Shown: positions 47,852 through 58,015, counted from the stretch's first letter. The stretch: DNA of 60,188 bases from Bacteroidales bacterium (GCA_041740815.1 JBGSLG010000093.1:1-60188); one strand, 5' to 3'. The notes: generated from the letters alone by a model not told the origin. Made by a program: numbers and translations.

Positions 47852-48397
47852 CTAGATTATTACTTTGATTTCAGTTCTTCTGTTCGCGGCTCTCCCCTCA
47901 GGTGTGCTGTTCGATTCAGCAGGCTCAGACGAGCCCATGGATGATGTCACTATCTGCTCCGCATTTATACCTGCATTTACCAGGAATGTCTTTACATATT
48001 CACCCCGCTGAAGCCCCAACACCCGGTTGTAGGCCTCAGTGCCTGTTATGTCTGCGTGGCCCGTCACCTCAATCTTTGCTGACGGGTTGTTGTCGAGGAC
48101 CAGCTTCAGCTTCTTCAGGTATTCATCACTCACACCGCTCATGTCTCCTGTGGCGGATGACGAAGTGAAGAATCCTTTCTGCACACCCGAACCCGTGAGA
48201 GAGGCTTTTGCCTCATCTACTGCAGCCATATGCAGCTGTTCGGGTGTCTGTACCTCAACATTACCGGTATTCTGGATCTCTTCGGTTACAACGGCCGTAG
48301 CTTTGCATTCACCTCTGACTTTGCATACGTACCAGTATGATGCACCGGCAATCCAGAGTACCAGCAGAACAGTCAGGAAAAAAACCAACTGTCTCAT
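47852..48397 (-). CDS. OmpA-like peptidoglycan-binding protein
   Basis: GHADITG..YNRVLGLQR, NSTPEGRAANRRTEI. Confidence 0.9.
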   Translation of the reverse strand: MRQLVFFLTVLLVLWIAGASYWYVCKVRGECKATAVVTEEIQNTGNVEVQTPEQLHMAAVDEAKASLTGSGVQKGFFTSSSATGDMSGVSDEYLKKLKLVLDNNPSAKIEVTGHADITGTEAYNRVLGLQRGEYVKTFLVNAGINAEQIVTSSMGSSEPAESNSTPEGRAANRRTEIKVII

Positions 48398-48408
48398 GTT
48401 GCTCTTGT

Positions 48409-48993
48409 TTATCTGCGCCGTGTAAGGCCACCGAGAAGTGAACCAAGGATACCCCCGCCTTTCGACTGGGTTGACCCGCCGCCTTTCATCAGGAAACCTG
48501 CGACATCATCAAGGATGCTTCCGTCACCATCGGCATCGAGCATGGCGCCAATGCCTGAAATTCCTTTTCCTCCTGCATCACGTTTCTTTGTCAGGGCACC
48601 AAGCAGCAGAGGTGCAAGGGCCGGGATCATCTTCATGATTGTCGATGCATCAATGTTGAGGTTCTTCGAAAGTGCCTGTGCTGCCTGCATGCCCCCGGCA
48701 TCGCCGAGAAGACCTCCAAGGTTGGGATCAACATTCTCGGCATGTGCCTTGTTGGAGACGAGATCCCTGATGTTGTTAAGGACCGAGGCATCACCGTACT
48801 TGTTCAGAATGTGATCCACCCTCTCGTCACCGCCACGGGTGTCCTTCTGTTTTTTCAGACCTGCAAGGATAAGCGGTGCCAGCTGAGGAATCAGCTTCTG
48901 TACCGTACCCTGAGGAACATTGAAGTTTGTAGACATCTGTTTGGTCACCTCAGGACCGTAGCTTTTGAGAAAATCATCGATAAATCCTGCCAT
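48409..48993 (-). CDS. DUF937 family protein
   Basis: Helical repeats LAPLILAGL / LAPLLLGAL, LDADGDGSILDD, Gly-Leu tail. Confidence 0.85.
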   Translation of the reverse strand: MAGFIDDFLKSYGPEVTKQMSTNFNVPQGTVQKLIPQLAPLILAGLKKQKDTRGGDERVDHILNKYGDASVLNNIRDLVSNKAHAENVDPNLGGLLGDAGGMQAAQALSKNLNIDASTIMKMIPALAPLLLGALTKKRDAGGKGISGIGAMLDADGDGSILDDVAGFLMKGGGSTQSKGGGILGSLLGGLTRRR

Positions 48994-49148
48994 AATTTTA
49001 GTTGTTGTTTAGGTTGAATATTTGTAGTTAAAAAATATTTACTGTTCAGGCAATCACCTAAAGTTAAACATATGCAGAGTAAAATCAAAATATTTTAAAT
49101 CTATGAGTTCCTAACCTCCCGAAATCCTTTTCCTGTCCGGCCTGTCCT

Positions 49149-49391
49149 GACTTTCGACCTAATCGCAAATCGCAAATCCTTTCGACTTTACAGACTTTAT
49201 GGACTTTCGACTTAATCGCAAATCGCAAATCGCAAATCCTTCAGACCTTATCAGGCAGTAGGCAATAGGCAATAGGCAGTAGTGGTCTACAGTAAGCAGT
49301 CATTTGGACCGCAAGACCGCAAGACCGCAAGACCGCAAGACCGCAGGACCGCAAGACCTTCAGACCTCAGACCTTAGATCTTCAGACTTTC
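49149..49391. repeat. Mosaic short-tandem-repeat element, locus D
   Basis: AATCGCA, GACTTTAYR, AGGCAAT, (GACCGCAA)x6 and CAGACCT units. Confidence 0.92.
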
Positions 49392-49395
49392 TCTG

Positions 49396-51255
49396 TCAAT
49401 ACTCTAACCTCACCACAACCCCGTCCATTGAGTTGCATAACACGCTATTGTTATCCAGGGGTACGATGTTGTTGATCAGGGATGACGAAATCCTGTGGCT
49501 CCAGAGCAGGCTGCCGTCAATGGCCGAGGCTGCATATATAACACCCTTGTCTGAAGGGATGAATATCACCCCCTCTTTTTCAATGATCACCCCCGGTGCA
49601 ATGTCATAACCCATGTTAAGATCCGATTGCCATATCACCCGCGGTTCCACGCCACGCGCATCCACGCCGATGATGACACCGTTCATGGTCTTGGCAAGCA
49701 CCGTGTTACCGTCAGCCGTGATGCCCATCGACTCCCTCACTGCTAACCCCCCCAGGTCGGAATGCCAGATCAGCTCACCCGTCAGAACATCCAGACAGGC
49801 CATCTTCCTGTCGGGAGCAACGACAAAAACCCTGTCACCTGAGGCTACCGGTACACAGGCGGCTGGCGACAGCATACGGTTTGTATAACCGTTGTTCCAG
49901 TCCCACTTAATCGCACCTGCTTCAGTATCAATGGCATACAGATGGTTGTTCCATGTTCCGAATATAAGCAGCCCCCTGTAAATAAGCGGAATGGTCTCCA
50001 CAAACCCGTCTATCATGCTGTTGCTCCACAGCAGTGTGCCGTCAGTCAGGCTCAGTGCAAAGCATTTTCCTGACGATCCTGTTATGAACACCTTGCCGTC
50101 ACTTATCACCGGTGAAGCTACTGTTGGCTGTTCTGAATCGAAGTTCCACAGCGGCTTCCCGCTCCTGAGATCCAGGGCATGAACCATTCCTTCTGCTGAA
50201 GCTGCCACCACAGTCTTGCCGCTCGTTGCCGGGGTGCTGTAAATCTTGGCTCCCGTGTGGAAGGTCCAGCGCACTTTGCCTTTCCTGATGTCAAGGGCTT
50301 TTATCTCACCTGCCGTGTTGGTTGTTATAGCCAGCTTCGCGGCGGCGACTGTTCCCGCTCCGATGTCGCTCTGCTCCTGAACTCTCCATACCTGACTGAC
50401 AGCCGGGTATTTCGTGTTCATCGAATAGTCGGGACGCGGCCAGTCCGTGGTGTCGGAGAGAAAGTCATGCCTCAGCAGTCTTACCTCAGCCCACGGAGGC
50501 ATTGTAAGCCCACCGGGATGCCGGACTGCTGCCGTCAGCAGCGTATCACCCCTGACGGTCATGACATTGTAACCACCGTATTCCTTTCCTGCACGCAGGT
50601 TAGAGCGCCCCATCAGAGCAGGTATCCCCTCGAAATCCATCACCCTGTTCGAGTGACCGTGTCCGCACAACGCCAGCCGTGTGTCATGTGACTTGAGCCT
50701 GTCAGTCAATTCATACCAGTTGTTAAGGCCATTGTCGAGAGGGTAGTGGTTAACCGATATTACCTTCAGCTCCCTGTTCGCAGGCACACTCAGCACAGAA
50801 TCGAGCCAGACAATATTTTCACGGGGGATCTGCCCGGGACCCATCCGCATGTTAGGGCCGGAGTTGGTACCCAGAAACAGCCACCCGTCGTGACGAAAGG
50901 CAAAAGCCTCATCGCCGAAGATCCGGCGGAAGCTGTTGCCGCCGCTCTCTGACCACTTTGTGTCGTGGTTGCCAGGGATGATATACCACGGTTTTTTCAG
51001 GCCGTCAAGGATCTCCTTCGCAAGGCGAAACTCACTGTCAGATCCGAACTCAGTTACATCGCCTGAGATAATCACAAAGGCCAGTGAGTCGTTGCCATTG
51101 ATGTCACTGACCGTACGCCTCAGATCGTCGTCAGCCCCTGCACCCCCGATATGGGTGTCAGTAACGAGGGCGAAACGGAACGTTCCGTTGTCTGCCTGTG
51201 CCATGGCAGGAAACAGGCACATGACCAGGAAAAGCTGGAGAATGAGTTTCTTCAT
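49396..51255 (-). CDS. Secreted metallophosphoesterase fused to a PQQ-like beta-propeller
   Basis: DTH, GDVT, GNHD, GHGH motifs; Trp-docking propeller repeats; start placed at ATG 51255. Confidence 0.88.
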   Translation of the reverse strand: MKKLILQLFLVMCLFPAMAQADNGTFRFALVTDTHIGGAGADDDLRRTVSDINGNDSLAFVIISGDVTEFGSDSEFRLAKEILDGLKKPWYIIPGNHDTKWSESGGNSFRRIFGDEAFAFRHDGWLFLGTNSGPNMRMGPGQIPRENIVWLDSVLSVPANRELKVISVNHYPLDNGLNNWYELTDRLKSHDTRLALCGHGHSNRVMDFEGIPALMGRSNLRAGKEYGGYNVMTVRGDTLLTAAVRHPGGLTMPPWAEVRLLRHDFLSDTTDWPRPDYSMNTKYPAVSQVWRVQEQSDIGAGTVAAAKLAITTNTAGEIKALDIRKGKVRWTFHTGAKIYSTPATSGKTVVAASAEGMVHALDLRSGKPLWNFDSEQPTVASPVISDGKVFITGSSGKCFALSLTDGTLLWSNSMIDGFVETIPLIYRGLLIFGTWNNHLYAIDTEAGAIKWDWNNGYTNRMLSPAACVPVASGDRVFVVAPDRKMACLDVLTGELIWHSDLGGLAVRESMGITADGNTVLAKTMNGVIIGVDARGVEPRVIWQSDLNMGYDIAPGVIIEKEGVIFIPSDKGVIYAASAIDGSLLWSHRISSSLINNIVPLDNNSVLCNSMDGVVVRLEY

Positions 51256-51417
51256 GTGAGAAAGATTTTCATCAGCCAAGATACCATGAAATACTAAAAA
51301 TACCACCCCGGGATCAGAGGAAGTACCTTATCTGTTTTTCGGCTAAGGGGCCTGCTGATGGCCGCATTCATTATAAAAATGCTTAGTTTTGAGCTTGTTA
51401 TTCAAAAAACTTAAGCT

Positions 51418-53814
51418 TTGAAGAGATTTTCAGTTCAGGTAAAGATCGGATTGCTGATGATCCTCGCCGTTGCCCTGCTCGGGGCCACGGGATACCTGGC
51501 ATACCTTAACCTCTCTTCGATAGTTACGTCAATAAGCGTTGATGTGGGTCCTGACCAGAAACTGCTGACAATCCGCGAGATCTCCATTGATCTTCAGAAA
51601 GCGGAAAACAGCATCCGGATGTATTCCGTAACCAACAATGAAAAGGACCTCGAGCCATATTACTCGGTCATCTCTGAAATCGACGATAAAGTCAACAGGC
51701 TGAGAAACGAGTGTCTTGGCAGTCCTCTTTTACTCGGGCAGACAGATACAATAACCAGCCTCATTGAAGAAAACATCTATATCTGGAATGAACTTTTATA
51801 CCTGAACCAGAACCACCGCGTGATCGAGTTTCTTATGCAGCTTCCGGATAGACTGAACGTGGCGGCGGAGGGGGAACAGAAATCAGAGAAGGGCATTCTC
51901 AGGCGTGTTTTCAGACGCTCCGAAGAGACCCGGCTCGATGAGCAGGCACTGATCACTGACCTGAACGCGATAGAAAAGCAGGACCAGGCCGCCAGGGAAA
52001 AGATCCGACTGCAGGAATCGCACCTGGCAAACACAAGCACCAGGATCAAGGAGCAATTCTACGACCTGACTGCCAAGATGGAATCTGAATTCACTGAGCT
52101 CCTGGAGGCAAAAGCATACGAGGCTGACATTCTCGCAGCAAAAACTTATCGCTGGCTTGGCATGTTCATGATATCCATGACTCTCCTCGCGATACTCGTG
52201 GTGTACATCATAACCAGGTATGTCCGGAAAACAAACGCGTACCAGGTAGCACTGCAGATCTCCAGGGACGAGGCCGAAAACCTGGCAAGAACCAAAGAAC
52301 AGTTCATGGCCAACATGAGTCATGAGATACGCACTCCTGTGACCGCTATATCAGGGTTTACGGAGCAGCTGCTGCATGATCCTCCCGATGAAAAAACCGC
52401 CCGGGCACTGAAAATAATCAGGTCGTCATCACTGCACCTTGAAAGGATAATCAATGATATCCTTGACTTTTCAAAACTGCAGGATGGCAAGATGGCGCTG
52501 GAACAGATACATTTCAATATAAAGCAGATTCTTGAAGAGGTCTATGCCATGTTTGACCCCCAGGCAAGGAAAAACAATACGGTTCTGAGCTACTCCATTG
52601 ACCCTGACACGCCCCCGGCATTACTTGGCGATCCATACCGGTTGAAGCAGATAATAATAAACCTGGTCAGCAACTCGGTAAAATTCACAAGCGAAGGCAC
52701 CGTACATTTTTCTGTCAGGAGCATCGCTCAACCTCTCCCCGCTGTCACCCTGGCGATGGAGGTCGTTGACACTGGCATCGGCATCGATGAGGATAAGATC
52801 GAAAGCATTTTTGAAGACTTCACCCAGGAGGAGATGAGCACCACACGGAGGTATGGCGGCACGGGACTGGGGCTGTCGATCGTGAAGAAACTGGTCGATC
52901 TGCAGAATGGCACAATTGAATGCATAAGCCGGAAAAACCACGGCACCACCATAAAATGCGAAATCCCTTTACTGGTTGGTGACAGCAGCCTCATAACCAC
53001 GGAAGCTGAGTCGCAACTGTCAATTCCGGCTGAGGTAAGAAACCTCAGCGTGCTGGTTGTTGACGATGAGGAGTATAACCGTATGCTCTTCCAGTCGATC
53101 TTCAGAAGGTGGGGCGTCAGGCATGCGGTGGCATTCAGCGGCGCGGAAGCCCTGAAGATGGTAAGGACAGAAAAGTTTGACCTGCTCCTGATGGACATGC
53201 GTATGCCGGGTATCGACGGAGCAAGGACCACGGAGTTCATCCGCAAGGAGTTGGAGATAGATGATTCAGCGATGCCGGTGATATGTGTGACGGCAGCTTT
53301 TCTCGATGATGACCTTGAAAAATACCTCGAAGCAGGAATGAATGCCTTCCTCCAGAAGCCATTTTCCGAAGAGACCCTGCTCAGTACCATCCTCTCCGTG
53401 ACCGGCCACAGGCAGACCATGCCCGCTGAGGAAGCAGACGCAGGGGATATAGCACCGGCAACTCCACGGGGACGGGTTGACCTGAACAACCTGTACCGTC
53501 TCTCGGGCGGCGATGAAAATTTTGTGAAAGAGATGCTTGTTACTTTTATTCAAAGCAGTGAAATGGGTCTTGAGGAGATGCTTGCGGGTATAAAAACAGG
53601 CGACATACAAAGAATCTCTGACCTCGCCCATAAACTTCTTCCTCCTTGCCGGCATCTTGGCGCTGCAGACCTTACCGCCATCCTGACTGATATAGAGAAA
53701 TCAGGCAGGACTGGTGGCGATATAATGCACATAGAAAGTCTTGTTGGCGGGTTTCAGAGTGCATTTCGCGAGATTCGCACTGAAATTGAATCCAATCTCT
53801 CGAAAATCCGCTGA
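51418..53814 (+). CDS. Hybrid sensor histidine kinase (2 TM, HisKA, HATPase, REC, Hpt)
   Basis: FMANMSHEIRTP, NSVKFT, DTGIG, GGTGLGLSI, LMDMRMP, AHKL. Confidence 0.95.
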   Translation: MKRFSVQVKIGLLMILAVALLGATGYLAYLNLSSIVTSISVDVGPDQKLLTIREISIDLQKAENSIRMYSVTNNEKDLEPYYSVISEIDDKVNRLRNECLGSPLLLGQTDTITSLIEENIYIWNELLYLNQNHRVIEFLMQLPDRLNVAAEGEQKSEKGILRRVFRRSEETRLDEQALITDLNAIEKQDQAAREKIRLQESHLANTSTRIKEQFYDLTAKMESEFTELLEAKAYEADILAAKTYRWLGMFMISMTLLAILVVYIITRYVRKTNAYQVALQISRDEAENLARTKEQFMANMSHEIRTPVTAISGFTEQLLHDPPDEKTARALKIIRSSSLHLERIINDILDFSKLQDGKMALEQIHFNIKQILEEVYAMFDPQARKNNTVLSYSIDPDTPPALLGDPYRLKQIIINLVSNSVKFTSEGTVHFSVRSIAQPLPAVTLAMEVVDTGIGIDEDKIESIFEDFTQEEMSTTRRYGGTGLGLSIVKKLVDLQNGTIECISRKNHGTTIKCEIPLLVGDSSLITTEAESQLSIPAEVRNLSVLVVDDEEYNRMLFQSIFRRWGVRHAVAFSGAEALKMVRTEKFDLLLMDMRMPGIDGARTTEFIRKELEIDDSAMPVICVTAAFLDDDLEKYLEAGMNAFLQKPFSEETLLSTILSVTGHRQTMPAEEADAGDIAPATPRGRVDLNNLYRLSGGDENFVKEMLVTFIQSSEMGLEEMLAGIKTGDIQRISDLAHKLLPPCRHLGAADLTAILTDIEKSGRTGGDIMHIESLVGGFQSAFREIRTEIESNLSKIR

Positions 53815-53886
53815 GAAGCAGGGTCACCTGCTGCGAAATAATTAATTTGCAGTCAGAAGGTATGACCACAGTTACAGATCCGACAT

Positions 53887-55239
53887 ATGGCTGAAACGTC
53901 ACTTAAGATATTTGTCGTTGAGGACAATGAATGGTATAACAGGCTGCTTGTTCATACCCTCAGCCTGAACGTGGATTATGAGATAAAGAGCTTTCATAAT
54001 GCCACCGATTTTCTGAACAGCCTGCATGAATCACCTGATGTGGTCACACTTGATTACAGGCTTCCTGACATGAACGGGCTCGACCTCCTTAAAAAAATAA
54101 GAGAGGAAAACAGCGAAGTGCAGGTCATCCTGATTTCAGAACAAAGTGATATCGAGACTGTTGTAAGCCTTCTGAAGCTCGGGGTCTATGACTATATCGT
54201 CAAGACGAATGACATCCGTGAACGGCTTCTTCTGACTGTCCAGAACATAAAGAACGGTATTGGCCTGAAGAGGGAGATATCATCGCTTCGCAAAGAGGTA
54301 CAGAAGAAGTATGTGTTCCGTAACACAATCATGGGGGAGAGCCCTGCAATCAAAGCTGTCTATGGACTTATTGACAAGGCCCTTGGTACGAATATCACAG
54401 TGATCATCACGGGTGAGACGGGGACCGGGAAGGAGCTGGCGGCCAAGGCAATCCATTATAACTCCAGGCGCAAGGACAAGCCCTTTGTGCCCGTCAACAT
54501 CGCCGCAATACCATCTGAGTTGATAGAGAGTGAATTGTTCGGACATGAAAAGGGAGCCTTTACCGGTGCTTCATCCCGACGTATCGGGAGGTTTGAAGAG
54601 GCTGACGGAGGAACACTATTCCTTGACGAGATAGGGGAGATGGACCTGTCGCTGCAGTCAAAGCTCCTGCGGGCGCTGCAGGAAAAGGAGATCGTCCGCG
54701 TCGGAAGCAACAAGGCCGTTAAGACTGACTGCCGGATAATTGTTGCGACTAACAGGAACCTCCTCGAGGAGGTCAAAAAGGGTAATTTCAGGGAAGATCT
54801 TTACTACAGGCTCCGGGGCCTGCCTGTGGAACTGCCGCCCCTGAGAGACAGGGGTAATGACATCCTTATCCTGGCAACGCATTTTGTTGAGAGATTCTGT
54901 GCCGAGAATGAGATCGCCCTGAAAAAGCTGACACTGCCCTCTCAGCAAAAACTCCTTGGCTACCCTTTCCCCGGGAATGTACGTGAGCTTAAGTCGGTTG
55001 TGGAGCTGGCGGTAACACTGTCGGAGACTAAGATGATTGGTCCGGAAGACATAATCCTAGATCCGGGGAATCCCCTCTCAGACGTCATGGATGACGATCT
55101 GACACTCAGACAGTATGAAATCAAGATCATTAAAGCCTCGCTCAGAAAGCATAATAACGACATTAAGACCGTGGCCAGAAAGCTTGACATAGGTATCTCC
55201 ACCATCTACAGGATCCTGAAGGAAGAGAAACAACCCTGA
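53887..55239 (+). CDS. Sigma54-dependent response regulator (NtrC family)
   Basis: REC domain LDYRLP; GETGTGKE; ESELFGHEKGAFTGA; FLDEI; Fis-type HTH. Confidence 0.96.
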   Translation: MAETSLKIFVVEDNEWYNRLLVHTLSLNVDYEIKSFHNATDFLNSLHESPDVVTLDYRLPDMNGLDLLKKIREENSEVQVILISEQSDIETVVSLLKLGVYDYIVKTNDIRERLLLTVQNIKNGIGLKREISSLRKEVQKKYVFRNTIMGESPAIKAVYGLIDKALGTNITVIITGETGTGKELAAKAIHYNSRRKDKPFVPVNIAAIPSELIESELFGHEKGAFTGASSRRIGRFEEADGGTLFLDEIGEMDLSLQSKLLRALQEKEIVRVGSNKAVKTDCRIIVATNRNLLEEVKKGNFREDLYYRLRGLPVELPPLRDRGNDILILATHFVERFCAENEIALKKLTLPSQQKLLGYPFPGNVRELKSVVELAVTLSETKMIGPEDIILDPGNPLSDVMDDDLTLRQYEIKIIKASLRKHNNDIKTVARKLDIGISTIYRILKEEKQP

Positions 55240-55386
55240 TCACGATATTCCCTGATCACACTACCCCCATTTGCCCCAATCTCCCTGATTTCGCTTTCCC
55301 GCAAACCTTCATCTCACATGTGCCCTAATACTCCTTAATTTCACTTTCCCCTGGATTGCATTCCCCCCTGATCCCGGCTCCCCATT

Positions 55387-55418
55387 TTCTCATTTTGAGA
55401 ATATTTTTTCATAATGAA
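55387..55418. promoter_or_regulatory. Candidate enhancer (activator-binding) palindromes
   Basis: TTCTCA-ttt-TGAGAA and TTCAT-a-ATGAA, about 70-100 nt upstream of the sigma54 promoter. Confidence 0.5.
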
Positions 55419-55486
55419 CACGATCGGCATTTTCTGTGATTTCCTAACTCGTTCTATATAAATGCATTAGATTCAGGATATATTTC

Positions 55487-55502
55487 GGGCACATCCTTTG
55501 CA
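55487..55502 (+). promoter_or_regulatory. Sigma54 -24/-12 promoter
   Basis: GGGCACATCCTTTGCA gives GG-N10-GC with GGCAC and TTGC. Confidence 0.75.
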
Positions 55503-55541
55503 AAACCCTCTCTGTAAAAATCATTATAAGGAGTAAAAGAC

Positions 55542-56528
55542 ATGAAAGACGAAGACACAACCAAACATTCCTACCCTGGCAGTGACCCGGCGGGGATAAC
55601 CTATGCGGAAAATGCACGCAGGGACGGTATTGTAAAAGGAGCCAGGACTGCTTCCATCATAAGCCTGGTAATACTTGTAGTGGCAGGAGCCATTGCCTGG
55701 ATGTTGTACAACAACCATCAGGATGAGCAGCTGGCACTAATGGATGGTGAGCGGGGCGCATTCAATGAGCAGCTGACAGTGCGCGACTCAACACTGAACG
55801 ACTGGCTTCAGACATTCACCCAGATTGAGAACGATCTGAACCTGCTCAAGCAGAAGGAGAAACTGATCACAATCAACAACCAGGGGAATGTGGAATTCAC
55901 CACAGCCAGAAGAGAGCAGATAATGCAGGACATAAAAAGCATCAGCATGCTGCTTGACGAGAACAGGAAGAAGCTTGCTTCACTTAGCGCACAGCTGAGG
56001 AACTCCGGCAGGGAGATCAACGGTCTTCAGGAGATGATTGCCGGGCTTGAGACTAAAATACAGGGACATGAGACCGAGATGGCAGCCCTGACCACCAAGA
56101 TCAGCGAAAAGGACATTGAGATCGGTGAACTGAACATCCTCGCATCAGACCTGAGAACTACGGTCACGGAGAAGGAAGAGTTTATCAGCAACCAGACCTC
56201 GGAGATGAATAAGGCTTACCTGGCTTCAGGCAGCTCAAGGGATCTGATAGATATGGGCATTGTCTCCAAAGAAGGAGGTTTTCTTGGCCTTGGCAGAACT
56301 GAATCAATTGTTAATAATATAACTGACAGCCTGTTTGCACAGATTGACATCACTGAGCTTAAGATCATACCTGTGGATTCAAAGGATGCGAAACTCGTAA
56401 CCGAACACCCGGCCGGTTCCTATACTTTTGTTCGCGAAGGTGATGATAAGATAGCCCATATCGAGATCATAGACCCGGCACAGTTCTGGAAGATATCAAG
56501 ATATGCAGTTGTCGAACTTAAAAAGTAA
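55542..56528 (+). CDS. Membrane-anchored coiled-coil protein of unknown function
   Basis: One TM, long heptad region, C-terminal globular domain (GGFLGLG..HPAGSY..I.DPAQFWKIS). Confidence 0.8.
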   Translation: MKDEDTTKHSYPGSDPAGITYAENARRDGIVKGARTASIISLVILVVAGAIAWMLYNNHQDEQLALMDGERGAFNEQLTVRDSTLNDWLQTFTQIENDLNLLKQKEKLITINNQGNVEFTTARREQIMQDIKSISMLLDENRKKLASLSAQLRNSGREINGLQEMIAGLETKIQGHETEMAALTTKISEKDIEIGELNILASDLRTTVTEKEEFISNQTSEMNKAYLASGSSRDLIDMGIVSKEGGFLGLGRTESIVNNITDSLFAQIDITELKIIPVDSKDAKLVTEHPAGSYTFVREGDDKIAHIEIIDPAQFWKISRYAVVELKK

Positions 56529-56674
56529 AACCGTGGGGTCAGTCCTCTAACACTGACTTTCCTCAATTATCTGTATATACCCCGGATCAGCAGAACTGCA
56601 AAATATCAGGGGCGAGTCTGCTTCAGACAATTCATGACTTCTGAGACTGAAAGGGGGGTTGATCCGGGACCATT

Positions 56675-56703
56675 AAAAGGCGCTTAACTGCGCCTTTTTT
56701 TTT
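56675..56703 (+). terminator. Intrinsic terminator
   Basis: AAAAGGCGC-ttaact-GCGCC followed by T9. Confidence 0.88.
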
Positions 56704-56812
56704 GTCTGACCTGTCCGGTGTTTATCAAAGATAATTCCGTAAATTTGGTATAAGGGTTTCTGAAGTTTTGTTAGCAGATTCCATTCACAGGTAAAATTGC
56801 AAATTAAAAATC

Positions 56813-57535
56813 ATGAAGTATCTCAACCTGATTTTCTTCGCCGCAATGATAGTAATGAACTACCTGGCGAACGCCCTTCCTCTGAACGGAAAAACCACGG
56901 GGGAACTTTCCGATGCATACCCAAACCTCTTTGTCCCTGCCGGGGTGACCTTCTCGATCTGGGGCATCATTTACATACTGCTGATCATCTTCTGTGTGGT
57001 TCAGTTCACCACCTCGCAGCAGGCTGTCGTATCGCGCATCGGATGGCTCTTCGGCTTCACGTGCCTCTTCAACGCTCTCTGGATCGTTGCCTGGCATTAC
57101 GGCAGGCTGCCATTGTCACTTATACTGATGCTCGGACTTCTGGTCTCACTGATATGGATCAATATATTCATCAGGGATCTCCCATACGGGTTCTTCAAGG
57201 CAGCCTTTGGCGTCTACCTTGGATGGATATGCATTGCCACCATTGCCAATATCACGGCGCTGCTTGTCAACTACGGATGGGGCGGTTTAGGCATCTCTGA
57301 GGAGACATGGGCCATAATCATGATCATCGTCGGAGCACTGCTGGTCTCTGTTACAATATGGAGGCTTGACAATCCCTTCATCGGGCTGTCGGTTGTATGG
57401 GCATTCGCGGGCATAATGATCAGGAGGCAGGAGGATTACCGGTCTGTTTTGATCACTGCGGCGGTAGCAGCGGCTTTGGTTGCGGTGGTGCTGATCCTGA
57501 TCTTCTTCCGCAAACGAGTGCCCGGATTGGCGTAG
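56813..57535 (+). CDS. TspO-like / tryptophan-rich multi-pass membrane protein
   Basis: NYLANALPLNG.TTGELSD.YPNLFVPAG.TFSIWG.IY; VYLGWI..ATIAN. Confidence 0.8.
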   Translation: MKYLNLIFFAAMIVMNYLANALPLNGKTTGELSDAYPNLFVPAGVTFSIWGIIYILLIIFCVVQFTTSQQAVVSRIGWLFGFTCLFNALWIVAWHYGRLPLSLILMLGLLVSLIWINIFIRDLPYGFFKAAFGVYLGWICIATIANITALLVNYGWGGLGISEETWAIIMIIVGALLVSVTIWRLDNPFIGLSVVWAFAGIMIRRQEDYRSVLITAAVAAALVAVVLILIFFRKRVPGLA

Positions 57536-57539
57536 GGGT

Positions 57540-57565
57540 CAGTCTTCAGTCCTCAGTCCTTAGTC
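57540..57565 (+). repeat. Short heptamer array (CAGTCYT), locus E
   Basis: CAGTCTT CAGTCCT CAGTCCT TAGTC just after the stop codon. Confidence 0.65.
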
Positions 57566-57667
57566 TGATAATCAGCTATATAAAACGACTGCTGCATCTC
57601 ATCTCAAAACTTTTGGACAGCGAAGGTGTTTAAGAAGTAACTTTGACAAAACGAAGGAGGAAGTATT

Positions 57668-58015
57668 ATGAAGATAAACAACAACGCCGAGATCCTCGCG
57701 CCAGAGGTACAGATGGAAGGCGCCGCAAATGTAAGGATGAAAATTCTCATCGGCCCGGATGACGGATCGGGGAACATCATCATGCGTCACTTCTTTGTTG
57801 CTCCGGGAGGCAACACACCCTTCCACAACCACAACTATGAGCACGTGATCAAGGTCGAGCGCGGCCGTGGCCTCGCTGTCGACGAGCAGGGCGTGGAGCA
57901 TGAGGTGTCAGAGGGACAGAGCCTGTTTGTAAGGCCGGGCGACCTGCACCAGTTCAAAAATCCATTCGGTGAGACCTTCGAGTTTCTATGCATCATCCCC
58001 AACCCGGCAAAATAA
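57668..58015 (+). CDS. Cupin domain protein
   Basis: TPFHNHNYEH and PGDLHQF metal-binding motifs. Confidence 0.92.
   Translation: MKINNNAEILAPEVQMEGAANVRMKILIGPDDGSGNIIMRHFFVAPGGNTPFHNHNYEHVIKVERGRGLAVDEQGVEHEVSEGQSLFVRPGDLHQFKNPFGETFEFLCIIPNPAK

Noticed and set aside
52728..53489. Long antisense ORFs (also 45926-46684, 29518-30159 and others)
   Set aside because: Shadow frames of well-supported genes, with no recognisable motifs
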